64,000 nt of DNA from Octopus vulgaris (GCA_951406725.2 OX597818.1:99200001-99264000); one strand, 5' to 3'. Numbered from the stretch's first letter, positions 1 to 12,944 are shown. Program-made: numbers and translations. Notes: generated by a model not told the origin, from the letters alone.

Positions 1-1044
1 AATCAAGTGCCATCCAATATTGTGTAGGAAACAAAAAATCAATGGAATGAAAGGAAGTTACAAGGGTGAGATGGTGATTCAAGAAACTCACCCGAACAGA
101 GATCTTACAAGCCATATTTTTGTATTCAGCAATCAAAAGAATAATATAACCAAATCAAGCACGAGGGTTGGGTGTGGAAGTCAGTTGTACTGTGACTCCT
201 GATTGGTTGTTGGATTCTGACTGTATTGGTTGTTCAACCACATTGAAGGATGAATGAATAAAATGCTAACCGCTTGACAATGTGTAGTGGGGGCCTCACA
301 TTCCACCAGCACTAATGAGGGCACCATGCAGCTTGCAAGACTACAAGACCTGCAGAGGTAGGGCAATTTTATGCTAGTAGATGAGAGTTAAGGTATGAGA
401 AGGGTGTGAGGCAGCAGATATTTTTTTATATAGAGAAGCTACATGGTAACTCACATTTAGAAAAGGGAGTGAGAATGAAATTTGTAGTAGTTACAAAGAG
501 ATAAATAAGGGTGATAAGGTGACCAGGTAGTACTTCAAAGTACAAGGTGAGTATGAATGGGGACAGAAAAGTGTATGGAAAAACAAGAGATAAGAGAAAG
601 GAGAGGGAGTAAGCAGACAACTTCTATAAAATTTGGGTAGGGTTGCAGAGTGGATGTAGGGAATGGTGGATAAAGGGATGGGTGACAGTACAAGAGTTGG
701 AGAAAGTAGAGGGGTACAAGAAGAGAGAAGAATAGAGTTCTGATACAGTTGACAGGGAGAGAACATGTGGTTGGGTAGGCTGAAAGAAAGGGGAGGTAGA
801 GGCAGCATTAGGAAGAGATAATTTGGTGGTCCAGAGATGAGGAGAGGGGAGATTAATGCAACATGTGGGTGTAGCAAACAAAATTAATGGAAGAAGAATG
901 CCTACAAAGTGAAGTGGTGCCAGGTAGCAAGACAAAATGATATCAAGAAGTTGGGAGAGAACTACAGTGAAAGTGGGAGGGTGCAATATGAGGAGTAGTT
1001 AACAAGGTGCTCACTTGTGTACACAGTCCACCCAGAAGTCAGTG

Positions 1045-1432
1045 CTTCTGGCAGTGTGGTAAGAAGTTTGCTTCCAAACCGCATGGTTCCAAGTTTGGTC
1101 TCACTGCATGGCACCTTGGGCAAGTGTCTTCAACTAAAGACTTGGGCCAACCGAACCCTTGAGTGGATTCGGTAGACAGAAACTGAAAGAAGCCTGTCAT
1201 ATATATACATGGATACATCTATGTGTGTGTGTGCCTTACTGTCTGTGTTTGTTCTCCCACCACCACTTGACAACTGATGTTGGTATGTTCATGTCCCCAT
1301 AACTAAGTGGTTTGGCAAAATAGACTAATAGAATAAGAACTAGATTTAAAAACAATAAGACAATTTGATTGACTAAAACCCTTCAAGTTGGTGTCCCAGC
1401 ACTGCCAAATGGATGAACCAAATAAAACATAA
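1045..1432 (+). mobile_element. tRNA-derived SINE, family A (central CA/TG microsatellite), decayed
   Basis: Head gtgtggtaagaagtttgcttcc...catggttcc, core ggcaccttgggcaagtgtctt; homologous to the copies at 11825, 13177 and 57610. Confidence 0.85.
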
Positions 1433-1446
1433 AAGATATATATCTG

Positions 1447-1481
<35 letters not shown>

Positions 1482-1767
1482 CCACAGACATATATAGATA
1501 TACATACATACATATTATAAATATATACACCCATATATATATATATGTGTGTGTGTGTATACATATCTATTTATATATATTAATATATACAGACATATAT
1601 ATCTATACATATATATGTATACATATCCATGAGTATATATATGAGAAATAATTAAGATTCAGTTGAATAAGGTACTTAGGTTGAGGCACCAAGTCAGTCT
1701 GGTACTGTCCACACGGCTCGAAGTTAGGTGAATAAAAAGCAAAGCTTGAAGTTAGGTGACCAAAAAG

Positions 1768-1816
<49 letters not shown>

Positions 1817-1820
<4 letters not shown>

Positions 1821-1972
1821 AGAGTTTACAAAAAAAACAAAAGATGAAGACAAGTGGTGTACAAAACAAACAGATGTATTAGCATAACGCTCAGGAATAG
1901 AAAAAGTCTTTTACGTTTCGAGCCTACACTCTTCTTCAGAAAGGGACACAGAAAAACCAAGGAGAGATGAAT
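1817..1972 (-). mobile_element. Short (TA)n-flanked element carrying a hammerhead (Penelope pLTR-like), family H1 copy 1
   Basis: Abuts (TA)n; clearly homologous to 33641-33810; contains the hammerhead at 1908-1943. Confidence 0.7.
1908..1943 (-). ncRNA. Minimal type I hammerhead ribozyme
   Basis: Minus strand reads CUUU CUGAAGA A GAGU-GUAG-GCUC GAAAC GUA AAAG: stem I CUUU/AAAG, intact CUGANGA and GAAA core, stem II, loopless palindromic stem III (ACGU), GUA cleavage triplet. Confidence 0.8.
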
Positions 1973-2221
1973 ACAGACATATCCACCTATACATACATAT
2001 ACATATGTATATATAAACATAAAAATACACAATACATATTATAAGGTCTACATACGTGCACACACCACTCAAACAAGCATACATTAACTACTACAGAGAA
2101 ACGTTTGCACACACACATACACTAGCCTTACACACATACTATACACAGCCTCACACACACATACATGTAAATACAGGAAACACACACATCACTCCATACA
2201 ATGCACACACTGGGTTACTTA

Positions 2222-2722
2222 TACCTCAGTTTATTGGGATGCAAAAGGAATTGCATTCATTGACTATCTTCAGAAGTACTACACCATTAATGGAATGTAT
2301 TATGCTAATTTGCTGAGGCAGTTTTGAAAGACTATCAATACCAAACGCCCAGGAAAACTGATGAAAGGGGTCTTGTTTCATCAGGTCAATGCTCGTAAGT
2401 TCTTAGTTTTAATGGCTGCTCTACATGACTGTGGCTTTGAGCTCGCTGATCACCCACTTGGCCTCATCTGATTATCATCAATTCCACAACATGTAAAAAC
2501 ACCGGGCTTGGAACTAGTATTACAGTGATGATGTCAAATCTGCTGTGGATGAGCTTTTGGACCAACAGGATGAAAGCTTCTTCATCAATAGGATCAAAGC
2601 ACTCCAACATTGATTGAAAAAGTGTGTGGACTACAAAGGAGATTATGTTGCAAAATAAACCTCATTTGACTACATTCCATGAGAATATGTTGTCAGCCTA
2701 TGAACTTTTCAGCTGATCCATG
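2222..2722 (+). mobile_element. Mariner transposon 3' half, degenerate
   Basis: Broken frames give WDAKGIxFIDYLQK, TINGMYYANLLRQ, KRPGKLMKGVLFHQxNA and KKCVDYKGDYVAK*; TIR-like end ...tgaacttttcagctgatccatg followed by TA. Confidence 0.88.
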
Positions 2723-2760
2723 TAAGTTTATTTTGACCATCACCAATCATGTATATAATT

Positions 2761-3085
2761 GAAAAGACTCCGCCGGTTACGACGACGAGGGTCCCAGCTG
2801 ATACGATCAACGGAACAGCTTGCTCGTGAAATTAACGTGCAAATGGCTGAGCATTCCACAGACACGTGTACCCTTAACGTAGTTCTCGGGGATAATCAGC
2901 GTGACACAGAGAGTGACAAGGCTGACCCTTTGAAATACAAGTACAACTCATTTTTGCCAGCTGAGTGGACTGGAGCAACGTGAAATAAAGTGTCTTGCTC
3001 AAGGACACAACGCGTCGCCGGGAATCGAACTCACAACCTTACGATCATGAGCCGAATGCCCTAACCACTAAGCCACGCGCCCTCA
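2761..3085 (-). mobile_element. Young tRNA-derived SINE (family B) with 13-bp TSD
   Basis: A box TGGCTTAGTGG, B box GTTCGATTCC, core ttgtgtccttgagcaagacactt; TSD catgtatataatt at 2748-2760 and 3086-3098; CpGs intact. Confidence 0.92.
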
Positions 3086-3190
3086 CATGTATATAATTAA
3101 TAACTCTAAATCTACGGGGCTGCACAATTTGAGCTGGCCAGAGTGAACAATAACGATACAAGAAAATATATGTAAAACTGCACAACTTAC

Positions 3191-3460
3191 CTTCAACAAC
3201 TAAGTTAATTAACTGTGAAACTGATCCTACACTATTGGTAAATGTTCCCATATAAACACCAGCATCACTGCGCTGCACATTTCTAATGATCACTTTATAA
3301 CCATCAATCTGGATTCGAGATGAAGCCTGGAGAGGCTTACCGTCCTTGTTCCATATGAGAGCTGGTTCTGGTGATCCTGATGCATTACAAAATAGCTCCA
3401 CTGATTCTCCTTGTCGGTGATGTAAAGATTTTGGTGAACATGCTACAATACGAGGCGGAA
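3191..3460 (-). CDS. Internal coding exon encoding one Ig I-set domain of an IgSF protein (best guess turtle/IgSF9-like Ig2, unconfirmed)
   Basis: Minus-strand acceptor tatttttcag|TTCCG at 3460 and donor GAAG|gtaagt at 3191; 270 nt, phase 1-1. Translation (V)PPRIVACSPKSLHHRQGESVELFCNASGSPEPALIWNKDGKPL...DAGVYMGTFTNSVGSVSQLINLVVE has the I-set motifs LxCxAxGxPxP, WxKDG, DAGxY and NxxG. Confidence 0.93.
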
Positions 3461-3508
3461 CTGAAAAATATAATAAAATAAGGGAAATTTTTAGCTGAAT
3501 ACTCCAAT

Positions 3509-3560
<52 letters not shown>

Positions 3561-6500
3561 GTACACACTAAGAAACATAAAAAAATTTTGACAAGCAAAA
3601 CCCAGTTGATTTAACCGTATTCATTTTGAATGTCACACAAGTGGAATAATTTCGTTATAGTCAAAATGAAATGTAATTTTTTTTTTAAATGAGAATGAAC
3701 ATACTTAAAGGGAATGATAGAAATAATTTACTGCTTTGAGTATTTGCTCAACTAAGCTGTATTGAACCCAACTGAATAAAAAGTTTCTGCCATACTAGAG
3801 AATGTATTGTTGCAAGAGATGAAGAATGTGTAACTATAAGCTAAAAAATGGCTTGTGAACTACACCAGCTTGTGAACTGTGAACAACAATGACTCATAAA
3901 AGCTGTGGTTGCAATTAAGCTGCAATGGCTTCTTATAGTAATGTGCATCTGTTCATGTTTACAATGTTCATGAAACTTGTTGAAGTTGGTTAGTGTGTGC
4001 AAGGAGAGTGAAAGCGTGTGGACTGCATAAGGTGAAATAGCTGTGGTAATATGGATTGTGTAAGTTGAAAAAAAGCTATTGTTATAAGTGGCCTGCAGAG
4101 TTAATGGTTGCTGTAATGTAATTGGTGTTCAAAGCTATTCTTTATAACTGTAAAATATTCAAAAAGTATTCAAATGATGAATGACTTGTTTCACTGATAA
4201 CATGGAGTCAGTGAAAAAACCAAAGCTGTTGAGTTATAGAAAAACAAAAAGTCTGTACAGAACATCTATTCTTTCTTTTATAATATTTTGTACTTTGCCT
4301 GGGTTAGTTCATTCTTTGTATAATCTTAGCTATTGTAGCAGCAATGGTAAAAAATATGATCAGTTGAAGACATATGATTTGAATCAATGATGCAAAACAC
4401 CAACAAACAGTTTAATTCAAAAGAAAGAGGCATGTCTATTTTTAATAACAACATAGGCAGCAATTTTCAAGATCAACACATTACTAAATTGGCTGCTACT
4501 GCAGCTTCTTGCTAACAACCTGGTGCTTCAATTAAATAAACCACCAAATCAAATAAATGGGTGCTAAGAGTTTAGAGACATAACAAGCAAAGCACCATCA
4601 CAATATTGTTCCACACTACTATGGAATGAATATTTCACAAATATGGACATTGGCATGAATTATTAAAAGATTATTTAACAATAAGCACAAATACATACAC
4701 TAACCAAGAAGTTGGTTAATTGAAGCAAGAACAAAATTTATTCTCTAGAGCAACAATTTAAACTTAGTCTTTGGAAATATCTAACAGCGTATTCTTCAGG
4801 TCAAGACCTCAGTAAAGTAAGTACAAACTGATATGCATAAAAAAATGCATGGGTGAAATATTTGCTTTGAATTTCTAGTTATCCCACAGCAATAAGCAGC
4901 AAATTCTTCAACATTCCTCATTAGTAGTTGTTGCAATGTTAAACTCTATTTTAATCTCTGAAACGCTCTGACCAAACAGAAAAAAAAATTAATAACACAT
5001 CCCTATCTCTGCACCACTACAAAAATAAAGTATAAATTGTATGATCCACAGATAAAACTGAAAGTCAAAACATTAAAATGATAGTAAAAATTAATTTTAT
5101 ATGTTTCTGTTCTTTACATTTTCAGCTCTCAGAAACTTTATGCATAAAATGAAATTTTTAAAAAATACATCAATGAAACTAATACAAAACTTTCAAGAGA
5201 CTTGTACCAAATGCAATTCAAAATAACTAAACTAGGGTTTATATACAAGCACATATGTACACATACACACACACACATCTGTTCATTAGCAGTTTGTGCA
5301 CACACACACACACACTCACATGTATATAGGTTTATGTTTTCTTAAATAAACACAAATACAAACTGTATATACAAAGATTTAAATCAATAATCTGCTAGAA
5401 ATCCCATGATTCTGGGAAAATATTCAGGATTTTTTCTTTATTTTTACACTTTTCCCTTTTGCTAACTTCAAAATCAAGTTTACAGTTCAATTTTTACACC
5501 TTTCTATTTTTATCACACCATGAAACTTTTTAATTTAACATTTTCTGCTTTAATTAATTTATCTATTTGGTGGTATTTCTTCCTCCACCTCATACATACT
5601 CACAAACATTGTCACACAAAAAATAAATAAAACAGATATTTAAAAAAGTACAAATCAATTAATCAATCAATCAATGATTATATTGATATTTTTAAAGAGA
5701 GTTAATTGTGTCCGACTTATCAACTTTGTGTTACTTCTTGGACTTTTCTGTAGGTTATACCATGTTTGTTTTTTCACTGAGGGCATGTGTTTTTTTTTTT
5801 TTGTAATGTATTATTTTTAATTTCATTTTCCTCCTTTGCTTGAATTTTTTGAAAGCATGCTATCATCTCTTAACAATTATTCATAGCAAGTATGATGCTG
5901 AATGTAAGGAAAGGAGCAAACAGGGAGAAGAAAAAGCAGACGTAAAAGTTACAATGTGTGAATGAGTGAAAGAGAGAGAGATAGAGAGAGAAGTTTATGA
6001 ATGATGGAAAGAAAACGATAAGTTAAAAAAAAGAAGAGAGGCACAGAAAAGAAAAACGTGAGAGATTTGAAATTGAAGAGACAGGTATGTGTGCTGGTCT
6101 TGAGTATGAGTGAGTATGTACATATTTGTGTAAGGGTAAAGAAACATAGTAAGAAAACAAAATAGAAAAAAAGGTAGAAAGTTAGAGAGAAGAGAACAGA
6201 GACACTTAGAGAGAGATAGGACAAAAACTGTGTAAAAGCACTAGAAAAGATAAGATATAACTAGAGATGAAGGAGAAAGAAATGTAGTAAAGAGGAACAG
6301 CCAATCAGAAATGTAGAAAAGAAGCAAGTGGAACAAAATTAGAAACCAATGTAAATCTTCACAAATCATAAATTGACCTCTCACAATATTTAATTACAAC
6401 TGCAAAAACATAATCTATAACATTAATAACTGACAATAAACTAAATTATTGTAAATGTACACCATCAGAATGTGCAACTACTTAGTTGTTGTCTACCACC

Positions 6501-7739
6501 ATCCAAGCCCATCCAACACATCCATATCTCCAACTCTTGTTACAGTGTTTCACTCTTCTGGTCCTGCACTATGACCACTGTTTGTTTTTTTTTTATCCTT
6601 CTCTCTCAGAATGTCAACTCTTTTGAATTTCATATCTACCCACAACTTTCCTACAAGCATCAACATACAGGTGTCCAAGCTGAACATATACTTCAGCAAT
6701 ATTACCAACATTGGATGGATAACAAAAGTCATGGCTCAGGCCTTTTACCCTAACTAAACCATAAAACAGATGTCCTACTACAGAAGCTACAGTGACTTTG
6801 TCAAAGGCCAACATAATCAGCTGTTCCCCACCCACTAAAGTATTAGAGATGTACATGTGAATAGCATTTATTCAGCAGTTGATTATTTGATATTGAAATT
6901 TTGTTATTTTTTAGTGCTATGTCAGACATTATAAATTAGAACCATGAACAAATGCATACAAGCCATGACCATCCACACTTTTCATAGTTTTTCTCAAGCA
7001 ATTATTATGAACTGAATATATTATTCAGTACAAGCTTTCTTTTATCTTATTTTGAGAGTAATGTAATTTCAGAGATTATGCTGCTATCTCTATTTCATTG
7101 AGGCTCCCTAAATGTATATGCTTGTTCATGTTTTTTAGCCTATTATGTACACATTTTACAGGTGGTTTCAATCATTATGTTTCTAATCTCAATAAATTTA
7201 GATTTACAATAATAACAAAAAATAAACAGAACTGTTCTCTATATTAATATTGCAAATGATCTTGGAACAAGCATGAACAATACAATATTGATTAGTGCAT
7301 ATTTGTGTTTAGAAAGTATAGCATGAGGTACAACTGGTCATAAGAATCTACAAGATAAACAACTGCAACAAATAGCTCTAACAAAATGAAATCAATGTGA
7401 AAAGTATTTATTGTAATTCTTATTGTGTGAACATTGAAGTGAACATACACCATTAATGTCTTGAAATTTTGTTAGAAAGTATATAGACAACACCTGAAAA
7501 TGCAATTTGCAACTTTCATCCTACTCAAATTCTTTGCATATTAAGGCCTTAACCAAATACATAATTTTGCAAATATACATGCATGCACATATTTACAGCC
7601 ACATTATTTCGTGTACACAGTGACATGAATTAATGTTGATCCATCAGCTAGCACTTGATTTAGCTACCTTGCAAAGGTAAGCTCTATGGGTATCTGATGT
7701 AAACAAGAGTACATTGACAAGGGAGTAAACCCCATCATC

Positions 7740-8110
7740 TCAAAATTTTGGGAAATACACACACAATCCCCAGGCCCAGACCTCATAACAAGAATTTCAG
7801 CTTTTATTGGCAAGATCTCATATAGATGTATGGAGAAAGAACCAAGGTTACACAAGAACTATCGCAATGGTTATGAACTGCAACTACTCTCCTCATGCCC
7901 AAAAAATAGCCAAACCAACCTGGTTTAAAATTACTGCCCATTAGCCTGCCAGATCATCATGTACAAATCATACATTGGGTACCACAATCTGTTCTTGCAA
8001 GATCATTGTGCCATCCACCAAAAATATAACACCTGAGCAAGCTGGAGGAAAGAAGGATGTGTGGTGTTGTACACAGCAACTACTAATTAACAAAATGATC
8101 CAAGAAAAAA
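7740..8110 (+). mobile_element. Non-LTR retrotransposon RT fragment (R4/Dong-like)
   Basis: Broken translation SPGPDLI...LMPK...NYCPLACQIIMYK...FLQDHC...ITPEQAGGKKDVWCCTQQLLINKMI matches RT domains 0-2. Confidence 0.75.
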
Positions 8111-8419
8111 AAAATATTGCAATTGGGTTCTAAAGGAGAGAATGCAAATCTTTAATTCAAACACTACAAATGATCACAACAGCTCGGACTATAAAAATCA
8201 GCAAGACCTTCTTAAGATTTAAAGGATGGTGAACAAAACAAGATGATTTCATTCACAATCTTGCTACCAAGTAGGTGGTCACTCAAAATTTATTCTGAAG
8301 TAAAAAGAGGAAGAAAACATATACATACATATACATATATACATACACATGCACACATACATGCACATACACACACGGGACATTCTTGCAAACACTGCTA
8401 TGCCCAGCATTGGAAAAAA

Positions 8420-8575
8420 ATCATTATTTTGAATCAAATGCACTGGATAGATCACTTAATTAGAATGGCAGATACAAAGATACCTAAGCAATTACTTTAT
8501 GGTGAACAAACACTAAATAAGTGCCCACAGCATAAACCTTGGAAGAGACATAAAGATGTGATAAAGGCAAACAAA
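8420..8575 (+). mobile_element. RTE-BovB-like LINE C-terminal fragment
   Basis: QMHWIDHLIRMADTKIPKQLLYGE...PWKRHKD matches the RTE C-terminal motif LRWxGHxxRMxDxRxPKQLLYGEL. Confidence 0.75.
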
Positions 8576-8589
8576 TACACACACATAAA

Positions 8590-9030
8590 TTGGGCTGGCC
8601 AAAATATCCATTTGACTTTTTGTCAATGCTAAACTTCAGCCTATCCCTTGCACATGCACACTTGTTAGATACTTGACACTTCAATATAGTTTGATACAAA
8701 CATGCAGTGAGACTGGTTGTATTTTGTGTGCTTAGGATCACCCTGAAAATGGATAACCAAGACACATGTTGTCAACACTTCATGCTTTTCCACTAAAAAA
8801 AGAAAAAAATGGTAGGAATCAGCAGAAAGATATGCACTGTGTACAGAGATGCTGTTATGGACTGTGTGTGCGAGAAGTAGCTTTCGAGATTTTGAATGGC
8901 AAATTTTTCAGTTCAAGATGCAACAAAATGAAGGGGTTAATCAACATGAACTCCTGTTGGATGATTTCAGATATTCTCCAAATATCCAAATTGAGTGTTG
9001 AAAACCATCTGCATCAACTTAACATTTTTA
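8590..9030 (+). mobile_element. Mariner transposon 5' fragment
   Basis: TIR-like ttgggctggccaaaa; decayed N-terminus MDNQD..HFMLFH*KK.KN...ICTVY.DAV followed by ISDILQISKLSVENHLHQL (HTH). Confidence 0.7.
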
Positions 9031-10300
9031 CTAGCAATAAATGTAGTGTGATAAACCCCTTCAAAAGTGAAATAAACATAGTAAGTAAGCATGTTCTTGA
9101 TACTATCAACTCAAACATTAGAAGTGCTACAGGGCTGATCCAATGAGATTGTAGCACCACAGAAATTGATTAGTGTTGCAACATCCAACATCAAGAATAA
9201 AGTGGCATGCAGGTTCAGCCAGTTTGATATCATGAATACCCTTCAATATCAAAATCCCTCTTTCTGAAGGCTTTAAATTTTGGCAGGCAATTCATCAGTA
9301 TCAGTGACATTGCTATTAGAATCATGAATGCTGGAAAGTCAATATTGGTTCAAGATTATTCCAGTTGAGTTAAGAAGAAATGTAACCCACTGTTCATCAT
9401 ATTTATTGGAGAACTATGACAGGGCTGAGATCTCAGACCTCATTAGGCTATTTATCCAGGATACTATATGAAAGTGCAATAACTCATATAACTCGACCCT
9501 ATGTAGGAACAATGGCCTGATAATCTCAAGTTATATGAATGACCATGCTATGAACAAGTACACGAAGGTTGACTTCCTAGATGTAACCCTACTCCTGAAG
9601 ATAGGCAAAGAGTAGCCTTATAGGAAGCCCAACAAAAAAATTGTGTATATCCACAATTCAAGCACACCCTAGCTACAATCAGAAACCCAGTCACAGGCAT
9701 AAGTAGAAATATTTGTAAACTATCAGCAGATAGAAAGATTTTGAAACAGGCCTCCTCACTCACCCCACCACTATAACAAGGCATTAATAAGGAATTAATT
9801 CACTGATAAGTTAGTATTATGGAGGAACCCCCTACCTCCACACCTGAACCTTAAGAGAATCAAATAGAGAAAGAGAGATAATCTGATTTAATACACCATT
9901 TAAGCTAAGAGTCTCAACTAACATATCTAGGAAATTCCAGATGCAATCGATACCATTACCAGACACTACTTTCAAATGCCATTGAAGGGCATTATTAGAC
10001 ATTTCATAAGCATGAGAGCCAATGACATCAAGGAAAGATATACACAGCATACGCACTCCTTCCGGTGCAAGGATAGAGAAAACTCTACCTCTCTGTCTTG
10101 TTTTATCTGGAGACTCTGTGACCACCAACATCAAACAGAGTATTGTTGATAAGGCCCTTCCATACTCATCTTGAACTTGCATTTGCCAGCCCTGCCTTCA
10201 CAAGAAACTATACATACTCCACCATCCTGCAGTATTCATCAAAAGGAAGAATGAACTATCTTATTGTTGCCACAAGAGGTACACCCTGTTAATGAACTTC
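9030..10300 (+). mobile_element. Penelope-like element RT relic (Naiad/Chlamys-like motifs), degenerate
   Basis: Collinear broken motifs CSVINPFKSEINIVSKHVLDTIN, QFDI..YPSI, YDRAEISDLIRLF, LCRNNGL (LYRDDGL), VDFLDVTL, PYRKPNKKIVYIH, HYNKAL and II*FNTPF. Confidence 0.82.
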
Positions 10301-10907
10301 AAGCCACTGGCAGCCAACAGTCTGTTTCCCATTTTACTTATGTCTGCTCCTTATTCCAGATACACTAGCAATCCAACCTCAAAATCAAAATATTACCACC
10401 TAGTAACAACTACAAGAACATCAACATTAATACATTTTATAATAAAAGAAATACAAGGCATTAAATTTCAAACAAATCTGATGAACAAAAGTGCCATTAA
10501 TTATAACTACAATATAAAATGTGAAAAGCAAATGTACAATCGAATATTATATTTACTTTCCAATTTAAAAACATATATTTCTACATTTTCCCATGTTTTG
10601 AGAAAAGATATTCGACCCTGATTTCTTCACACAAAAGACCTTCCACTTAAAGTCTTTTCAATAGTAAATAACGATTTCTTTCAAAATGCTGCATCTGCTA
10701 ATGCTGTTATTATATAACTCAGCAACAATGAAGTTTCATATTAAATATGATCATCACACTCACTATCAGTTAAAAACAGACAGCTCTCAATGCACTAATA
10801 TGCAATATATATCATAGATACATATATATATGTATATATATAAATAAATGCATATATATGTATATACACATATACATATATCTCTATATGTATGCATATA
10901 TGCATAC

Positions 10908-10949
<42 letters not shown>

Positions 10950-11074
10950 ATAATAAGAGTAAATAATTTCAATAAAGGTTTTTAAAAAAACTACAATTAT
11001 TTACTGGTAGAATTCGGTATGTAAATATAGCCGATTACCGGCAGGAACTTCTGTAAAGTTCAGTATATATATTG

Positions 11075-11257
11075 TATATAAGAAAAAGGGACAGGCAACA
11101 GGTTGCTTGACCGCATACCGAAAAAATAGAAATAGCAGTCAAGAATGCTTATTTCTATCAAAGTGGGACTCCGGGCATGTGAATTACAGGGTTTGTCGTG
11201 CCCGGAGTCCCACTTTTTTCGGTATGCGGTCAAGCAACCTGTTGCCTGTCCCTTTTT

Positions 11258-11265
<8 letters not shown>
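11075..11265. repeat. Near-perfect branched fold-back palindrome inside (TA)n
   Basis: Arms 11075-11126 and 11214-11265 are reverse complements; inner stem 11160-11177/11199-11216; side hairpin 11126-11158. Confidence 0.95.
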
Positions 11266-11292
<27 letters not shown>

Positions 11293-11824
11293 GCATATAT
11301 TTGTATGTATATATTCATACATATGTATATGCATACATATGTATATATATAAATGCATATATTTGTATGTATATATTCATACATATGTATATGCATACGT
11401 ATGTGTATATATGCATACATATGTATAGCTCTTCCTGTTTGCTTTCACTGTCCTGTTTTTGTCACCAATTTTGACCCTCTGCAAAATCCCAAATTTTATT
11501 TAATTTGATTTGTGGGAGCAACTGTTTTATCGAAGACGTATCTTTCTTTCATTCAAAATGTTTTCTATCATGATTTCTTATTCATGTTAGTAATGATTTC
11601 TCAAGTAGCTGCAAGGTCACAAATGTTTGGGTAATGGATGTAACCAAGTAAATTGATTTTGGTAGTTAACCAAGTACATGTTTGATCAAAACCATAAGAA
11701 TGAATCTGAACTTACAATGTAAAAGAACATAATTATATAGTGCATGACATTTTGTCCACCACTCTACCAATCCTAACATGTAATACCTTACACTCAAATT
11801 AGAAATAATAAGAAATATTTATAT

Positions 11825-12128
11825 AGGTGCAGACATAGCTGTGTGATAAGAAGTTTGCTTCCCAACTACATGGTTCTGGGTTCAGTCCCACTGCATGGCA
11901 CTTTGAGTAAGTGCCATGACCAAAGCCTTGTAAGTGGATTTAGCAGAAATTGAAAGAAGCCCATTATACATGTGTGTATGTGTGTGTGCATATGTGTTTG
12001 TCCCCCACCACTGCTTGACAACTGGTGTTGGTGTGTTTATGTCTGTGTAAGTCAGCAGTTCAGTAAAAGAGACCAATAGAATAAGTACCAGACTTAAAGA
12101 AATAAGTAATTGGGGTTGATTTGTTCAA
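11825..12128 (+). mobile_element. SINE family A copy
   Basis: Homologous to 1045-1432 and 57610-58024. Confidence 0.85.
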
Positions 12129-12137
12129 AGCAGTTGG

Positions 12138-12944
12138 GCTCATTTACTGAAGATAAACTATATGAAGATAAAAGTCTTCATCAATGCTTCAATGGTTCAA
12201 AGTGTAATAGGACTCACTGTCAATACTAACTATATTAACCAGTACCTAAAGATATTTCTTTAGGAATTTTCTTCACTATCATAAATTCATGTTTTATTTG
12301 AGAAAACAATAACCAGTATCATACGTTAATGTAGAGGGAATAGGAGAGAAGATTAAAAAGAAGTGAGTTTTTGAAGAGATAAACTTTCAACCCAAACTAC
12401 AGTAAATTTTATAGCATATCTTTTACAATTAACAAGTGGAATACAAACAAATTAAATATTACATTTATAATAGCTCCCAGATCATATCAATAATTCATCA
12501 AAAGTTATTTAAAATTCATCAACTGAAGAATAACTGCAACCAACATCACATCTAAAGGGAGCAGAAGTTAAAATGGCAGACAAGGACTATATTACTAACA
12601 TCAATAATTCAAATAAATAATAAACATTGCCCAAGATAAGCTTGACTTTTAAAAAGAAAGGAAAAAAGAATTCATAAAGTAGGAGTAATTGAAATATAAA
12701 AAAGCAAAGTAGAATTTTAAAAAATAACTAGATGAAAGATATAGATTGAACAAAAACCATGAATTTACAACAGTAAAGAAAATTCATTTATACATTACAA
12801 ATGTATTAGGAATTATCTTTGAATACTGGTCAATATGGTTACTATAATATGCTTGATATTGACAGTGAGCTATATAACCTTTTGTGCCATTGGGACACTG
12901 ATGAAGACTTTCATCTTCATATCCTTTATCTTTAGCAAATGAGC
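12138..12944. mobile_element. Old MITE/foldback element with long degenerate terminal inverted repeats
   Basis: gctcatttactgaagataaactatatgaagataaaagtcttcatca at 12138 is inverted at 12898-12944; similarity continues to about 12300 and 12755. Confidence 0.75.

Noticed and set aside
3010-3085. tRNA gene
   Set aside because: It is the head of a TSD-flanked SINE and has no convincing acceptor stem or terminator.
3045-3578. The 177-aa ORF as a complete gene
   Set aside because: Its N-terminus is translated (TA)n and its C-terminus runs through the intron into a SINE; only 3191-3460 is bounded by splice sites.
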